Shown in pieces: positions 8,208-17,065 of a stretch of 54,309 nucleotides of DNA. Within the stretch, counting starts at the first letter, position 1. Each line of letters opens with the position of its first letter. The DNA comes from Clostridiales bacterium. Its GTDB lineage: Bacteria; Bacillota; Clostridia; Christensenellales; Pumilibacteraceae. A program made the position numbers and the translations under genes. Location: positions 1-54,309 of the forward strand of contig SVHR01000001.1 in assembly GCA_015055705.1 (NCBI GenBank), written 5' to 3'. The notes under the pieces are model-generated. The model was not told where the DNA came from and searched no databases. It saw only the letters and a list, made by a program, of their open reading frames with translations.

Positions 8208-10361
8208 ATGAAAAGGTTTAGGCTACTAACAGTTTTGACATTGATTTTATCATTTTGCGTATCGCTATGCTTGCTTTTGGCGTGTGAAAATCCGCATGAA
8301 CATAGTTACAACCAAGAGATTGCAAATAACGAATTTTTGGCAAGAGAGGCGACTTGCAAACAAAAAGCAGTCTATTACTATTCTTGTGAGTGTGGCGAGA
8401 AAGGTACTGAAACCTTCGAATACGGTGATTTTTCAGAGCACACAAAGTCACAAGAGTGGAGCAAGGATTTAGTCTACCACTGGAAGACTTGCCAAACGGA
8501 GGGATGCAAAAAACAGCTTGAAAAGGCAGAACACGTTTTTAAAGGAAGCTTAGAGTGCATTGTTTGTGATGCAATAAAAACCACAAAAGGTTTAGAGTAT
8601 AAGCTAAATGAAGATGGTCAGTCTTATTATGTTGCAGATATAGGAAGTGCAAAGGATAGTGATATTATAATTTCACCGGAATACAATAATATGCCTGTAA
8701 CGCAGATAGGCTCAAACGCATTCGCTGATTGTGATAGCATAGAGAGCATAACAATCCCTGACAGTGTAACAAGCATAGGATATGGTGCATTCTCTAGTTG
8801 TGATAGCATAGAGAGCATAACAATCCCTGATTCGGTTACGACCATAGGAGAGAGTGCATTCAATAGTTGTGATAGCTTAACTGATATAACAATTCCAAAC
8901 TCAGTAATTAGTATAGGAGCTTATGCGTTTAGTGCTACGCAATATTTTAATAACGAAAATAATTGGGAAGACGAAGTGTTATATATAGGTAGGCACTTGA
9001 TACAAGCAAAGAGAGCGATAAGTGGAGATCGTACAATAAAAAACGGCACTATGGTTATTGCTAACTCCGCGTTCAGTTCTTGCAATAGCTTAGAGAATAT
9101 AACCCTCCCCAGTTCAGTCGTAGTCATCGGGGATGAGGCGTTTCGTGGATGTAGCAGCTTGCAAAATATAGTAATTCCTAACTTAGTTACGACCATCGGA
9201 AGAATGGTATTCTCGGGTTGCAGTAGCTTAGAGAATATAGGCGTTTTGGAATATAATAATGCATATAAATCAGTTGATGGAGTTTTGTATAGCAAGGACG
9301 GTAAAATTCTTATTCAATATCCTTTAGCTAAGTCAGCATCGGCATTTGCTATACCTGACTCAGTCACGACTATAGGAATGTGGGCATTTAGTGGTTGTAG
9401 TGAATTAATAGGCGTAACAATCCCTGAATCAGTTACGACCATAAAATCAAATGCATTTTATGAATGTATAAATTTAGAGAGTATAACAATCCCCGACAGT
9501 GTTACCAGCATAGAGGGTAATGCGTTCAATGGATGTACCAAATTGAAAAGCATAACAATCGGTGACTCGGTTACCAGTATAGGGGAGAAAGTGTTTTTCG
9601 ATACAGAGTATTATAATAACAAAAATAATTGGGAAGACGGTGATATTTACGGTATAATGTATATCGGGAAATACTTGATTGAAGCAAACAGCATAGTTGG
9701 CGATTTTGCAATAAAGGACGACACTTTAGCTATTGCAGATGCGGCGTTTATAAAAAGCGCTAGCATGAGGAATATAACAATTCCCGAATCGATTACCAGG
9801 ATAGGGCCAAGAACATTTTATTCTTGTGCACTCTTAGAAAGCATAACATTCGAGGGCGCAATTACAAGCATCGGAGAGTACTCGTTCTGTGGGTGTATGA
9901 ATTTGAAGAATATAACAATTCCCGAATCGGTAACAAGTATAGGAAATGAGGCGTTTTTTGGTTGTTTTTTATTAAAAAGTATAACAATTCCTGATTCAGT
10001 TGTCAGCATGGGAAATGCTGTGTTTTCTGATTGTACAAATCTCGAAAGCATAACAATCGGTGACTCGCTTAGCGCTATAAAAAGTTATTCATTCTTTGGA
10101 TGCGCCAAATTGAAAAGCATAACAATCGGTGACTCGGTTGTCAGCATAGGAAATTATGCGTTCCGTGATTGCAGTAGCTTAAAAAGTGTATTCTATGCAG
10201 GTACAGCCGATGATTGGCGCGAGATAGTAATAGGAATCAATAATGACGACCTTACCTCTGCCTCGCTTTACTATTACAGCGAGAGTGAGCCGACGGATGA
10301 GGGCAACTACTGGCACTACGTAGATGGCGAGGCTACTGTTTGGAATAGCGAAGATGAATAA
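8208..10361 (+). CDS. BspA-type leucine-rich-repeat (LRR_5-like) surface lipoprotein
   Basis: The lipobox is LLLAC. About 20 units of about 23 aa match ITIPDSVTSIGxxAFxxCxSLxS. The N-terminal region is Cys/His-rich. The C-terminal tail is YYYSESEPTDEGNYWHYVDGEATVW. Confidence 0.9.
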   Translation: MKRFRLLTVLTLILSFCVSLCLLLACENPHEHSYNQEIANNEFLAREATCKQKAVYYYSCECGEKGTETFEYGDFSEHTKSQEWSKDLVYHWKTCQTEGCKKQLEKAEHVFKGSLECIVCDAIKTTKGLEYKLNEDGQSYYVADIGSAKDSDIIISPEYNNMPVTQIGSNAFADCDSIESITIPDSVTSIGYGAFSSCDSIESITIPDSVTTIGESAFNSCDSLTDITIPNSVISIGAYAFSATQYFNNENNWEDEVLYIGRHLIQAKRAISGDRTIKNGTMVIANSAFSSCNSLENITLPSSVVVIGDEAFRGCSSLQNIVIPNLVTTIGRMVFSGCSSLENIGVLEYNNAYKSVDGVLYSKDGKILIQYPLAKSASAFAIPDSVTTIGMWAFSGCSELIGVTIPESVTTIKSNAFYECINLESITIPDSVTSIEGNAFNGCTKLKSITIGDSVTSIGEKVFFDTEYYNNKNNWEDGDIYGIMYIGKYLIEANSIVGDFAIKDDTLAIADAAFIKSASMRNITIPESITRIGPRTFYSCALLESITFEGAITSIGEYSFCGCMNLKNITIPESVTSIGNEAFFGCFLLKSITIPDSVVSMGNAVFSDCTNLESITIGDSLSAIKSYSFFGCAKLKSITIGDSVVSIGNYAFRDCSSLKSVFYAGTADDWREIVIGINNDDLTSASLYYYSESEPTDEGNYWHYVDGEATVWNSEDE
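8729..8830 (+). repeat. Near-identical 69-bp-spaced coding repeat inside the LRR gene
   Basis: The 33-nt string ttgtgatagcatagagagcataacaatccctga occurs at 8729 and again at 8798, one LRR unit apart. Confidence 0.9.
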
Positions 10362-10384
10362 TAAAGTTAATTAAATAAGACAAT

Positions 10385-10416
10385 GCGCCCTAAAGGATTA
10401 CCTTCGGGGCGCTTTT
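10385..10416 (+). terminator. Rho-independent terminator after the LRR gene
   Basis: GCGCCC...GGGCGC outer stem with an inner AAGG/CCTT pairing, followed by TTTT. Confidence 0.6.
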
Positions 10417-10506
10417 CTTATAGATTGGCGCGCATTTTTGAGTGTTTAGTGGCAGGCGGAGACAAAAAATCATACGATGGAGTAGGATAAACCATAGGAG
10501 AAACGT

Positions 10507-11238
10507 ATGATTTGGGTTGTTATTGGGTTAGCTATTCCGCTACTGGGGACTGCTCTTGGTGCGGCGATTGCGCTGGTGTGTAAAAGGGACATTGCAGGTA
10601 ATAGGATTCTTATCGGGCTTGCGGCAGGGGCGATGCTTGCCGCTTCGGTGTGGTCGCTACTTTTGCCGTCGTTAGAAATGGGCAGGGGTAAGATATTACC
10701 CGAGTTTTTCCCTGCAGCCGTGGGTTTTATGGTGGGCGTTGCGGCAATGCTTTTCCTGGAAGCACAATTTTCTAAGGTTAAGCGTGGTGGTAGGCAGGGC
10801 AATATGCTGTTGCTTGCGATGACTGCTCATAACGTGCCCGAGGGTATGGCGGTGGGTGCCGTTTTTGCGGGACTGATTGCAGGTGGCGGCGAAATAACCT
10901 TGGCAACTGCCGTTTCGCTCAGCCTTGGCATAGCCCTGCAAAACGTGTCGGACGGTGCAATCGTCAGCTTACCGCTACTATCGTCGGGGTATAGCAAGGA
11001 CAGGGCGTTTTGGCTTGGAACGCTGTCCGGCGCGGTCGAGCCGATTGCCGCACTCATTACCATAGCTTTGCACACGGTGGTGATTGCCGTCTTGCCGTAT
11101 TTTTTATCGTTCGCGGCAGGGGCAATGATTTACGTTACCGCTCGCGAGCTTATTCCCGACCTAAAAGATGGCAAGGTGGGAATTTTGGGGCTTGCCGTGG
11201 GGTTTGTGCTGATGATGATTTTAGACTGCGCATTGTAA
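10507..11238 (+). CDS. ZIP-family divalent metal (zinc) transporter
   Basis: AGGAGA RBS. TAHNVPEGMAVGAVF and a second IALQNVSDGAIVSLPL motif lie in an 8-TM-like hydrophobic protein, typical of ZupT/GufA-type ZIP permeases. Confidence 0.88.
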   Translation: MIWVVIGLAIPLLGTALGAAIALVCKRDIAGNRILIGLAAGAMLAASVWSLLLPSLEMGRGKILPEFFPAAVGFMVGVAAMLFLEAQFSKVKRGGRQGNMLLLAMTAHNVPEGMAVGAVFAGLIAGGGEITLATAVSLSLGIALQNVSDGAIVSLPLLSSGYSKDRAFWLGTLSGAVEPIAALITIALHTVVIAVLPYFLSFAAGAMIYVTARELIPDLKDGKVGILGLAVGFVLMMILDCAL

Positions 11239-11250
11239 GGTGCAATTTGT

Positions 11251-11279
11251 TTGACCTAATGCGTCGCTTGTGATATAAT
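11251..11279 (+). promoter_or_regulatory. Sigma-A-type promoter upstream of the ATP-grasp pair
   Basis: TTGACC (11251-11256), 17-nt spacer, TATAAT (11274-11279), preceded by TGA. Confidence 0.55.
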
Positions 11280-11299
11280 TACAGTATGGAGGCGGCGCG

Positions 11300-12151
11300 A
11301 TGAGCATAGCACTTGTTACTAACGGATTTTTTTTAAACGACAAAACGGAGGAGATTCGCCGTCTTTTGGCGGATGGATTTTCGAGTCACGGTGTGCGCCC
11401 CATTCAGCTGCGTAACAGCGAGCTTTATGCCGATGTGACGGAACGCTTGGCGGGGGTGGACACCGTTCTTTTTTGGGATAAGGACGTTTTGCTTGCGCGC
11501 CGCATAGAGGCGATAGGTAAAAAAGTAATAAATTGCAGTGCGGCACTTGAGCTTTGCGACCATAAGGGCAAGAGTGCGGTTGCTTTGGCTAACGCAGGAA
11601 TAGATATGCCAAAGACTATTGTTGCCCCATTTACATACCAAAATATTGGCTACACCTCGCTCGATTTTTTGTCCGAGGTGACTAAAGCACTGGACTTTCC
11701 CATAGTGGTCAAGGAGTGTCACGGCTCGTTCGGTCAGCAGGTTTATCTTGCAAAGGACTATGGCGAGCTATGTAGAATTGTGACAAAAACAGCGGCACGT
11801 CCTATTATTTTTCAGCAATATATTGAGTGCGGAAGCTCCGATCTGCGCTTGCAGGTTGTGGGTGACCGTGTGGTTGCGGCAGTAAAAAGGACAAGCCAAA
11901 ACGGCGATTTTAGGGCAAACGCAACGCTTGGCGGCATAATGACCGATTATAAGCCTACGGCTGACGAAATTGAGCTTGCCTTGGCGGCGGCAAGGGCTGT
12001 AAAGGCGGAAATTGCCGGTGTGGATATTTTGCCCGGGGACAAGCCGCTATTGTGCGAGGTCAATGCAAACGCGCATTTCAAGCGATTGATGGATGCAACG
12101 GGGGTAGACGTGGCGAGCATAATTGCCGAGTACGTTATAGATAGGGTATGA
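11300..12151 (+). CDS. RimK-family ATP-grasp ligase, paralog 1
   Basis: GGAGG RBS. It has the RimK-like layout: DHKGKSAVALANAGIDMPKT, FPIVVKECHGSFGQQVYL, IFQQYIECGSSDLRLQVVGDRVVAAVKR, GDFRANATLGG and IAGVDIL. Confidence 0.85.
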   Translation: MSIALVTNGFFLNDKTEEIRRLLADGFSSHGVRPIQLRNSELYADVTERLAGVDTVLFWDKDVLLARRIEAIGKKVINCSAALELCDHKGKSAVALANAGIDMPKTIVAPFTYQNIGYTSLDFLSEVTKALDFPIVVKECHGSFGQQVYLAKDYGELCRIVTKTAARPIIFQQYIECGSSDLRLQVVGDRVVAAVKRTSQNGDFRANATLGGIMTDYKPTADEIELALAAARAVKAEIAGVDILPGDKPLLCEVNANAHFKRLMDATGVDVASIIAEYVIDRV

Positions 12152-12939
12152 GAGGAATAATAGTTTATAACGAGCAATCGCTTAGAAAAAACGGCTTTTT
12201 TGCAAGCAAGCTTAAGGCGGAGCTTTCTGCCCTTGGTGCTGAGGTTGAGGTCGTTACCGCCTTGCCCGAATACACACCCGACTTTGCGGTTATGCGAGTG
12301 TATGACGAAGGTATAAATGCAAGCTTAGACAGTCTTGGCGTCCGCACCTTCAATACCTCTACGGTGGCGGCAATTTGCAACGATAAGTGGAAAACGTACG
12401 AATTGCTTAAGAAAAATGGCATACCCGTTGCGCCCACAGTAAAAGCCGAAAATGCGGACAAAATGACCTTTCCGTGTGTGGTAAAGGCAAGGCACGGACA
12501 CGGCGGTAGCGAGGTGTTTTGGGCGGAAAACGAATATACGTTTGCAGAAATTAAAGCAAAAATGACGGATTTGGCGATTGTCCAGCCCCCTGTCGGTAAG
12601 CGTGGTAAAGACCTTAGAGTGTATGTACTGAATGGCGAGCCGATGGTAGGGATGCTTAGAAGCAGCGACAAGGATTTTCGCTCTAACTTCAGCCTTGGTG
12701 GAAGCGCGTCAAGGTACGAGCTTAGCAAGACCGAGGAGCAGCTTGTAAAAAAGGTTGCTTCCCTTATATCTGCCGACTTTGTGGGCATAGATTTTTTTCT
12801 TAGTGATAGCGGCTTGATTTGCAACGAGCTTGAGGACGTGGTGGGATGCCGAATGGTATACACGTACACCGACATAGACATTATAAAAAAATTTGCCGAC
12901 CACATAGTTTGTGCGGTAAAGATGGGCAAAAACGCTTGA
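12148..12939 (+). CDS. RimK-family ATP-grasp ligase, paralog 2
   Basis: The start overlaps the upstream stop (ATGA). Motifs are DKWKTYELLKKNGIPVAPT, FPCVVKARHGHGGSEVFW, GKDLRVYVLNGEPMVGMLR, KDFRSNFSLGG and FVGIDFF. Confidence 0.85.
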   Translation: MRGIIVYNEQSLRKNGFFASKLKAELSALGAEVEVVTALPEYTPDFAVMRVYDEGINASLDSLGVRTFNTSTVAAICNDKWKTYELLKKNGIPVAPTVKAENADKMTFPCVVKARHGHGGSEVFWAENEYTFAEIKAKMTDLAIVQPPVGKRGKDLRVYVLNGEPMVGMLRSSDKDFRSNFSLGGSASRYELSKTEEQLVKKVASLISADFVGIDFFLSDSGLICNELEDVVGCRMVYTYTDIDIIKKFADHIVCAVKMGKNA

Positions 12940-12981
12940 AAAAATTTTGACAAAGTATTAGAATAGTATAAGAGGTGAATT

Positions 12982-13263
12982 ATGGTAAAACACATTGTTA
13001 TGTATAAGCTTAAAGACAGAAGCAACGCCGACGAAATGATTGCAAGATTTTTGTCAATGCGTGGTAAAATCGACGTTCTTCGCAGTCTTCATGCAGGCAA
13101 GGATGAAATCAAGAGCGCTCGCGCATACGACGTTGCGCTTGTTTGCGAGTTCGATTCGCTCGAGGATCTTAACATTTACGCTGAGCACCCCGTGCATTTG
13201 CCTGTTAAGGAGTACGTGCATTCGGTTATAGCCGAGGCTCATTCGGTAGATTTTATTGAGTAG
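12982..13263 (+). CDS. Dabb (stress-responsive A/B barrel) family protein
   Basis: AGAGGTG RBS. MVKHIVMYKLKD ... YDVALVCEFDSLEDLNIYAEHPVHLPV is the characteristic Dabb pattern. Confidence 0.85.
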   Translation: MVKHIVMYKLKDRSNADEMIARFLSMRGKIDVLRSLHAGKDEIKSARAYDVALVCEFDSLEDLNIYAEHPVHLPVKEYVHSVIAEAHSVDFIE

Positions 13264-13290
13264 TTGCGCCATTTATTAAGGAGTAAAATT

Positions 13291-14529
13291 ATGGTAAACA
13301 GATTGCTTAAGGATATTCAAAGGTCGTATACCCCCTTTCACGCCGTAGACGTTGCCGCTAAGTATTTGGACGAGGCGGGCTTTACTCGCATTCGCGAGGA
13401 CGAGGCGTGGAGCGTAAAGCAGGGTGGCAAATATTACGTTACAAAAAACGATACCGCGTGCGTGGCTTTCGTGGTAGGCGGTCAGCCGTTCAATATCGTT
13501 GCGGCACATACCGACAGCCCGTGCTTCAAAATTAAAGCTAAGGCTTCGACCACCGTTGCACAGTTCTGCAAGCTCAACGTAGAGGGCTATGGCGGAGGCA
13601 TTTATTCGACTTGGCTTGATCGCAAGCTTGGTATCGCCGGCAGAATTATTGTTAAGACCGAAAAGGGAGTTAAGCCCATTTTGGTTGAGGGTGGCATTAC
13701 GGTGATGATTCCCAATCTTGCTATTCACCTTAACCGCGGAGTAAACGAAGGTGTGGCAATCAACCCTCAGCGTGATATGTCCCCGGTTATTGCAGGCGGT
13801 TCGCTTACTATGGAAGAGCTTTTTGCTTCGCAGGCAGGTGGAAACAAGATTCTCGACTACGACCTTTTCCTTTACGTAAAGGAAGAGCCGTACTTCTTCG
13901 GCGCAGACAATAGCCTTATTGCTTCGTCCAGACTTGACGACCTCGAGGGAGCATTTGGAGGCTTGTACGCAATCGCGCAGGCAAAGCCGACCTCGACAGC
14001 GGTACTCGCACTTTTCGACAACGAGGAAGTAGGTAGCGCAACCAAGCAGGGAGCAGGCTCGACCTTCCTTGCAGATACGCTTCGTAGAATCAGCCTTAAT
14101 TTGGGAAGAAGCGAGGAACAGCACATTATGGCGCTTGCTCAGTCCATGATGGTGTCGATGGATAACGCGCACGGCAAGCACCCCAACCGCCCCGACCTTA
14201 GCGATCCGACCAACGAAATCGTGCTTGGCGGAGGCATCGTAATCAAGCACCACGCAAATCAGCACTATACGACGGACGGTCTTAGCTCGGCTATAATCAA
14301 GAGCGTTTTCGAGGGAGCAGGCGTAAAGTATCAAGATTTTTATATGCGTAGTGATTTGCGCTGTGGCGGAACGTTGGGCGCAATTTCGTCCTCGCAGGTT
14401 TCGATAAACAGCGTGGACATCGGTCTTGCACAATGGGCAATGCACTCGGCAGTAGAAAGCGCATCGGCCGGCGATTTTGATCAGCTTGTAAACGGTCTTA
14501 CGGCATTCTATAACGCCACAGACCTATAA
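13291..14529 (+). CDS. M18-family (aspartyl/glutamyl) aminopeptidase
   Basis: AAGGAG lies before ATG 13291; the track start at 13264 is less likely. AAHTDSPCFKIK, LFDNEEVGS and SMDNAHGKHPN are M18 metal-ligand and signature segments. Confidence 0.9.
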   Translation: MVNRLLKDIQRSYTPFHAVDVAAKYLDEAGFTRIREDEAWSVKQGGKYYVTKNDTACVAFVVGGQPFNIVAAHTDSPCFKIKAKASTTVAQFCKLNVEGYGGGIYSTWLDRKLGIAGRIIVKTEKGVKPILVEGGITVMIPNLAIHLNRGVNEGVAINPQRDMSPVIAGGSLTMEELFASQAGGNKILDYDLFLYVKEEPYFFGADNSLIASSRLDDLEGAFGGLYAIAQAKPTSTAVLALFDNEEVGSATKQGAGSTFLADTLRRISLNLGRSEEQHIMALAQSMMVSMDNAHGKHPNRPDLSDPTNEIVLGGGIVIKHHANQHYTTDGLSSAIIKSVFEGAGVKYQDFYMRSDLRCGGTLGAISSSQVSINSVDIGLAQWAMHSAVESASAGDFDQLVNGLTAFYNATDL

Positions 14530-14613
14530 AAAAGGCGCTAAATGACAATAATACGTAATGACGTATTGGCGTTTTTTGGTTAATAAGTAATAAATTTTAA
14601 TGGAGATATAAAA

Positions 14614-15450
14614 ATGAGTGAATGTACACATGATTGCAGTACGTGCGGCGAAAGCTGCAGCAGTAGACAGACAGCACAGGATGCAATAAGTAAGGAGCTT
14701 ACCAACCATCACAACAATATCAAGCGCGTGATTGGCGTAGTAAGCGGCAAGGGTGGCGTAGGCAAGTCGATGGTGACATCGCTTCTTGCGGTTGAGATGG
14801 CGCGCCGTGGCTTTAGATGCGGAATTATCGACGCTGATATTACCGGACCCAGCATTCCCAAGGCGTTTGGCATTAAGGAAAAGGCAACCGGCGACGAGAA
14901 TTTCTTGATGCCGCCCGTAACTAAAAGCGGTATTCCCGTGATGAGCGTAAACCTCTTGCTCGAGGACGAAACCGACCCCGTTGTTTGGCGCGGTCCCGTT
15001 CTTGCGGGTGTTGTAAAGCAGTTCTGGAAGGACGTCGTATACGGTGAGGTAGACTATATGTTCGTGGACATGCCTCCAGGAACAGGTGACGTACCCCTTA
15101 CCGTTTATCAGTCGCTTCCCATCGACGGTATAATCATCGTTACATCGCCGCAGGATCTCGTTAGCATGATCGTAGGTAAGGCTATTAAGATGGCTAAGCT
15201 TATGAATGTGCCTGTAATCGGTCTTGTGGAGAACTTTGCTTATGCGCTTTGTCCCGATTGCGGCAAGAAGATCGAGGTGTTCGGCAAGAGCCATCTTGAA
15301 GAAACTGCGGCAACCTTCCGTTTGCCCATGCTTGCAAGGCTTCCCATCGATACCAAGCTTGCAGCTCTCGTGGACGAGGGCAGAATAGAGGAAGCAAGCG
15401 TGCCCGAGCTTAAAGCGGCGCTTGACCTTTTGACTCAGCTTGCAAAATAA
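14614..15450 (+). CDS. Mrp/NBP35-family iron-sulfur cluster carrier ATPase
   Basis: The N-terminal Cys cluster is CTHDCSTCGESCSS. The deviant Walker A is VVSGKGGVGKS. There is a conserved CPDCG pair near the C-terminus. Confidence 0.9.
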   Translation: MSECTHDCSTCGESCSSRQTAQDAISKELTNHHNNIKRVIGVVSGKGGVGKSMVTSLLAVEMARRGFRCGIIDADITGPSIPKAFGIKEKATGDENFLMPPVTKSGIPVMSVNLLLEDETDPVVWRGPVLAGVVKQFWKDVVYGEVDYMFVDMPPGTGDVPLTVYQSLPIDGIIIVTSPQDLVSMIVGKAIKMAKLMNVPVIGLVENFAYALCPDCGKKIEVFGKSHLEETAATFRLPMLARLPIDTKLAALVDEGRIEEASVPELKAALDLLTQLAK

Positions 15451-15459
15451 CTAAATCAG

Positions 15460-15490
15460 TCCTCCCTTAACAAAGGGAGGATTATTTAAG
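15460..15490 (+). terminator. Probable terminator after the Mrp gene
   Basis: TCCTCCCTT aacaa AGGGAGGA hairpin followed by a T-rich tract. Confidence 0.5.
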
Positions 15491-15572
15491 TAGATACGTG
15501 GAGTCAAAATGTGACCTACGTATCAGCGTTTTTACTGCAAAAGCGAAATTTATTATTGACAAAGGATAAATA

Positions 15573-16958
15573 ATGATAACGGATTTGACACAGGGCAAGC
15601 CGTCCAAAATGCTGTTTAATCTTGCTTTGCCGATGGTAATAAGCATACTTTTTCAGCAGCTGTATAATCTTGTAGACTCGGTTATTGTCGGAAGATTTGT
15701 GGGCGGCAACGCGCTATATGCAATAGGCTCGTCGTTTTCGCTGACGATGATATTCTTAGCTGTGGCTACCGGCTCGAGCGTGGGTATAACGGTCGTTGCG
15801 GGTAAGTTTTTTGGCGCAAAAAAATATGCCGACCTAAAAACTACGGTAAGCACCACGTTTATCGGAATGTTTTTTGTGTCTATCTTCTTTACGATAGCAG
15901 GCGCTTTGCTTGCAAAACCTATCTTGGCGCTTTTAGGCACACCCGACTACATAATGGAAGATGCGGTAACGTACTTGCAGATTTTCTTCTACGGACTGCT
16001 CTTTATATATATGTACAACGTGGTCAGCGGCGCGTTTGCGGCAGTAGGCGACAGCAAAACATCGCTGGTCTTTTTGATAATCTCGTCACTGCTTAACATC
16101 GGACTCGACTTACTTTTTGTGTGCGTGTTCAGAATGGGGGTAGCCGGCGCGGCTTGGGCAACGCTTATTTCGCAGGCTGTGGCGGCAATGCCGGCATTGT
16201 TTGTTTTGTATCGCAGACTAAGCAAGCTGGAAAGCGAAAGTGCGCCGTGGTTTAGCCTTACGCATTTGCGTATAGTTTTGCGTGTTGCGATTCCAAGTAT
16301 GGTTCAGCACGCCATAGTGTCGCTGGGCAACCTATTTATTCAGGGCAGAGTAAATTATTTTTCGACCGACAACGAGGCGGTGGGCACGGCGTATACTGCG
16401 GCGATCAAGCTTAATACCGTGGCGATCAACTGCTTTGTTACAATAGGCAACGCGGTAAGCAGCTTCACTGCTCAAAACCTCGGAGCGGCTCAGCCCGACC
16501 GTGTCAAAAAGGGATGCTGGGCTGGCATATTTATTTCTGTTTGCGTAGCGCTCCCCATAGTTCTAATATATATGCTACTCGGCGACGGCGCCTTAAAGCT
16601 GTTTATGACCGAAAGCACGAGCAGCAATATTGACGAGGTTATAAGAATCGGTAGAGAATTTCTTAACATTATATCGCCGTTCTACCTTATTATTCCCATC
16701 AAAATAGTAATGGACGGCGTGCTGCGTGGCGGCGAACGTATGGCAGAGTTCTTGACCTCAACTTTCTCCGACCTCGTTCTTCGAGTAATATTTGCCTACA
16801 TACTCACCATCTTTACTCCGCTAAAAGAAGCCGGTATTTGGTGGGCGTGGCCGATTGGCTGGGTAATATCCGTCGCAATTTCGCTTGTTTTCTACCTTGT
16901 GGGCAAGTGGCAAGGAGCGACAAAGGTAAATGACAGCAAACAATCCAAGGCAGAATAA
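15573..16958 (+). CDS. MATE-family efflux transporter
   Basis: 12-TM-like protein. The N-terminus GKPSKMLFNLALPMVISILFQQLYNLVDSVIVGRFVG is typical of MATE/NorM exporters. Confidence 0.9.
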   Translation: MITDLTQGKPSKMLFNLALPMVISILFQQLYNLVDSVIVGRFVGGNALYAIGSSFSLTMIFLAVATGSSVGITVVAGKFFGAKKYADLKTTVSTTFIGMFFVSIFFTIAGALLAKPILALLGTPDYIMEDAVTYLQIFFYGLLFIYMYNVVSGAFAAVGDSKTSLVFLIISSLLNIGLDLLFVCVFRMGVAGAAWATLISQAVAAMPALFVLYRRLSKLESESAPWFSLTHLRIVLRVAIPSMVQHAIVSLGNLFIQGRVNYFSTDNEAVGTAYTAAIKLNTVAINCFVTIGNAVSSFTAQNLGAAQPDRVKKGCWAGIFISVCVALPIVLIYMLLGDGALKLFMTESTSSNIDEVIRIGREFLNIISPFYLIIPIKIVMDGVLRGGERMAEFLTSTFSDLVLRVIFAYILTIFTPLKEAGIWWAWPIGWVISVAISLVFYLVGKWQGATKVNDSKQSKAE

Positions 16959-16981
16959 AAATACAAAAAACAAGCATACGG

Positions 16982-17015
16982 TGTCGACTTATTTGATTAT
17001 AAGTCGACATTTTTT
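16982..17015 (+). terminator. Strong rho-independent terminator after the MATE gene (also see the Spo0A-box finding)
   Basis: Perfect 11-bp stem TGTCGACTTAT / ATAAGTCGACA with a 6-nt loop, followed by TTTTTT. Confidence 0.75.
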
Positions 17016-17065
17016 ATAATAAATCAACTGCAAAAAATATGTATAATCGCATAAAGAGGTATTTT

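Noticed and set aside
8690-10190. Regular 69-bp periodicity in the LRR genes (also 26380-26700) and 72-bp periodicity (33241-33600), which could be mistaken for a CRISPR array
   Set aside because: The repeats are contiguous, with no unique spacers. They lie inside long open reading frames and translate into LRR units or acidic repeats. No cas genes are present.
10417-10506. Possible Zur box or riboswitch upstream of the ZIP transporter
   Set aside because: I found no convincing match to the Firmicute Zur palindrome (TAAATCGTAATnATTACGATTTA-like) and no conserved riboswitch core, only a weak AAATCATACGAT fragment.
12165-13025. 286-aa minus-strand ORF opposite the second ATP-grasp gene, and the 329-aa ORF 17551-18540 opposite spoIIE
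   Set aside because: The translations are Ser/Leu/Thr-rich and low-complexity without motifs or translation signals. The sense strands carry clear ATP-grasp and SpoIIE signatures.
17039-17065. ORF-track start ATG 17039 for spoIIE, and similar upstream starts at 5059, 13264, 22320, 22963, 24737, 31748, 42409, 46721, 47119 and 47587
   Set aside because: Downstream in-frame ATGs have properly spaced GGAGG-like sites and give canonical N-termini (signal peptides, Walker A context). At 17039 the ATG overlaps a TATAAT box. At 42409 it would create a 113-nt overlap with addB.
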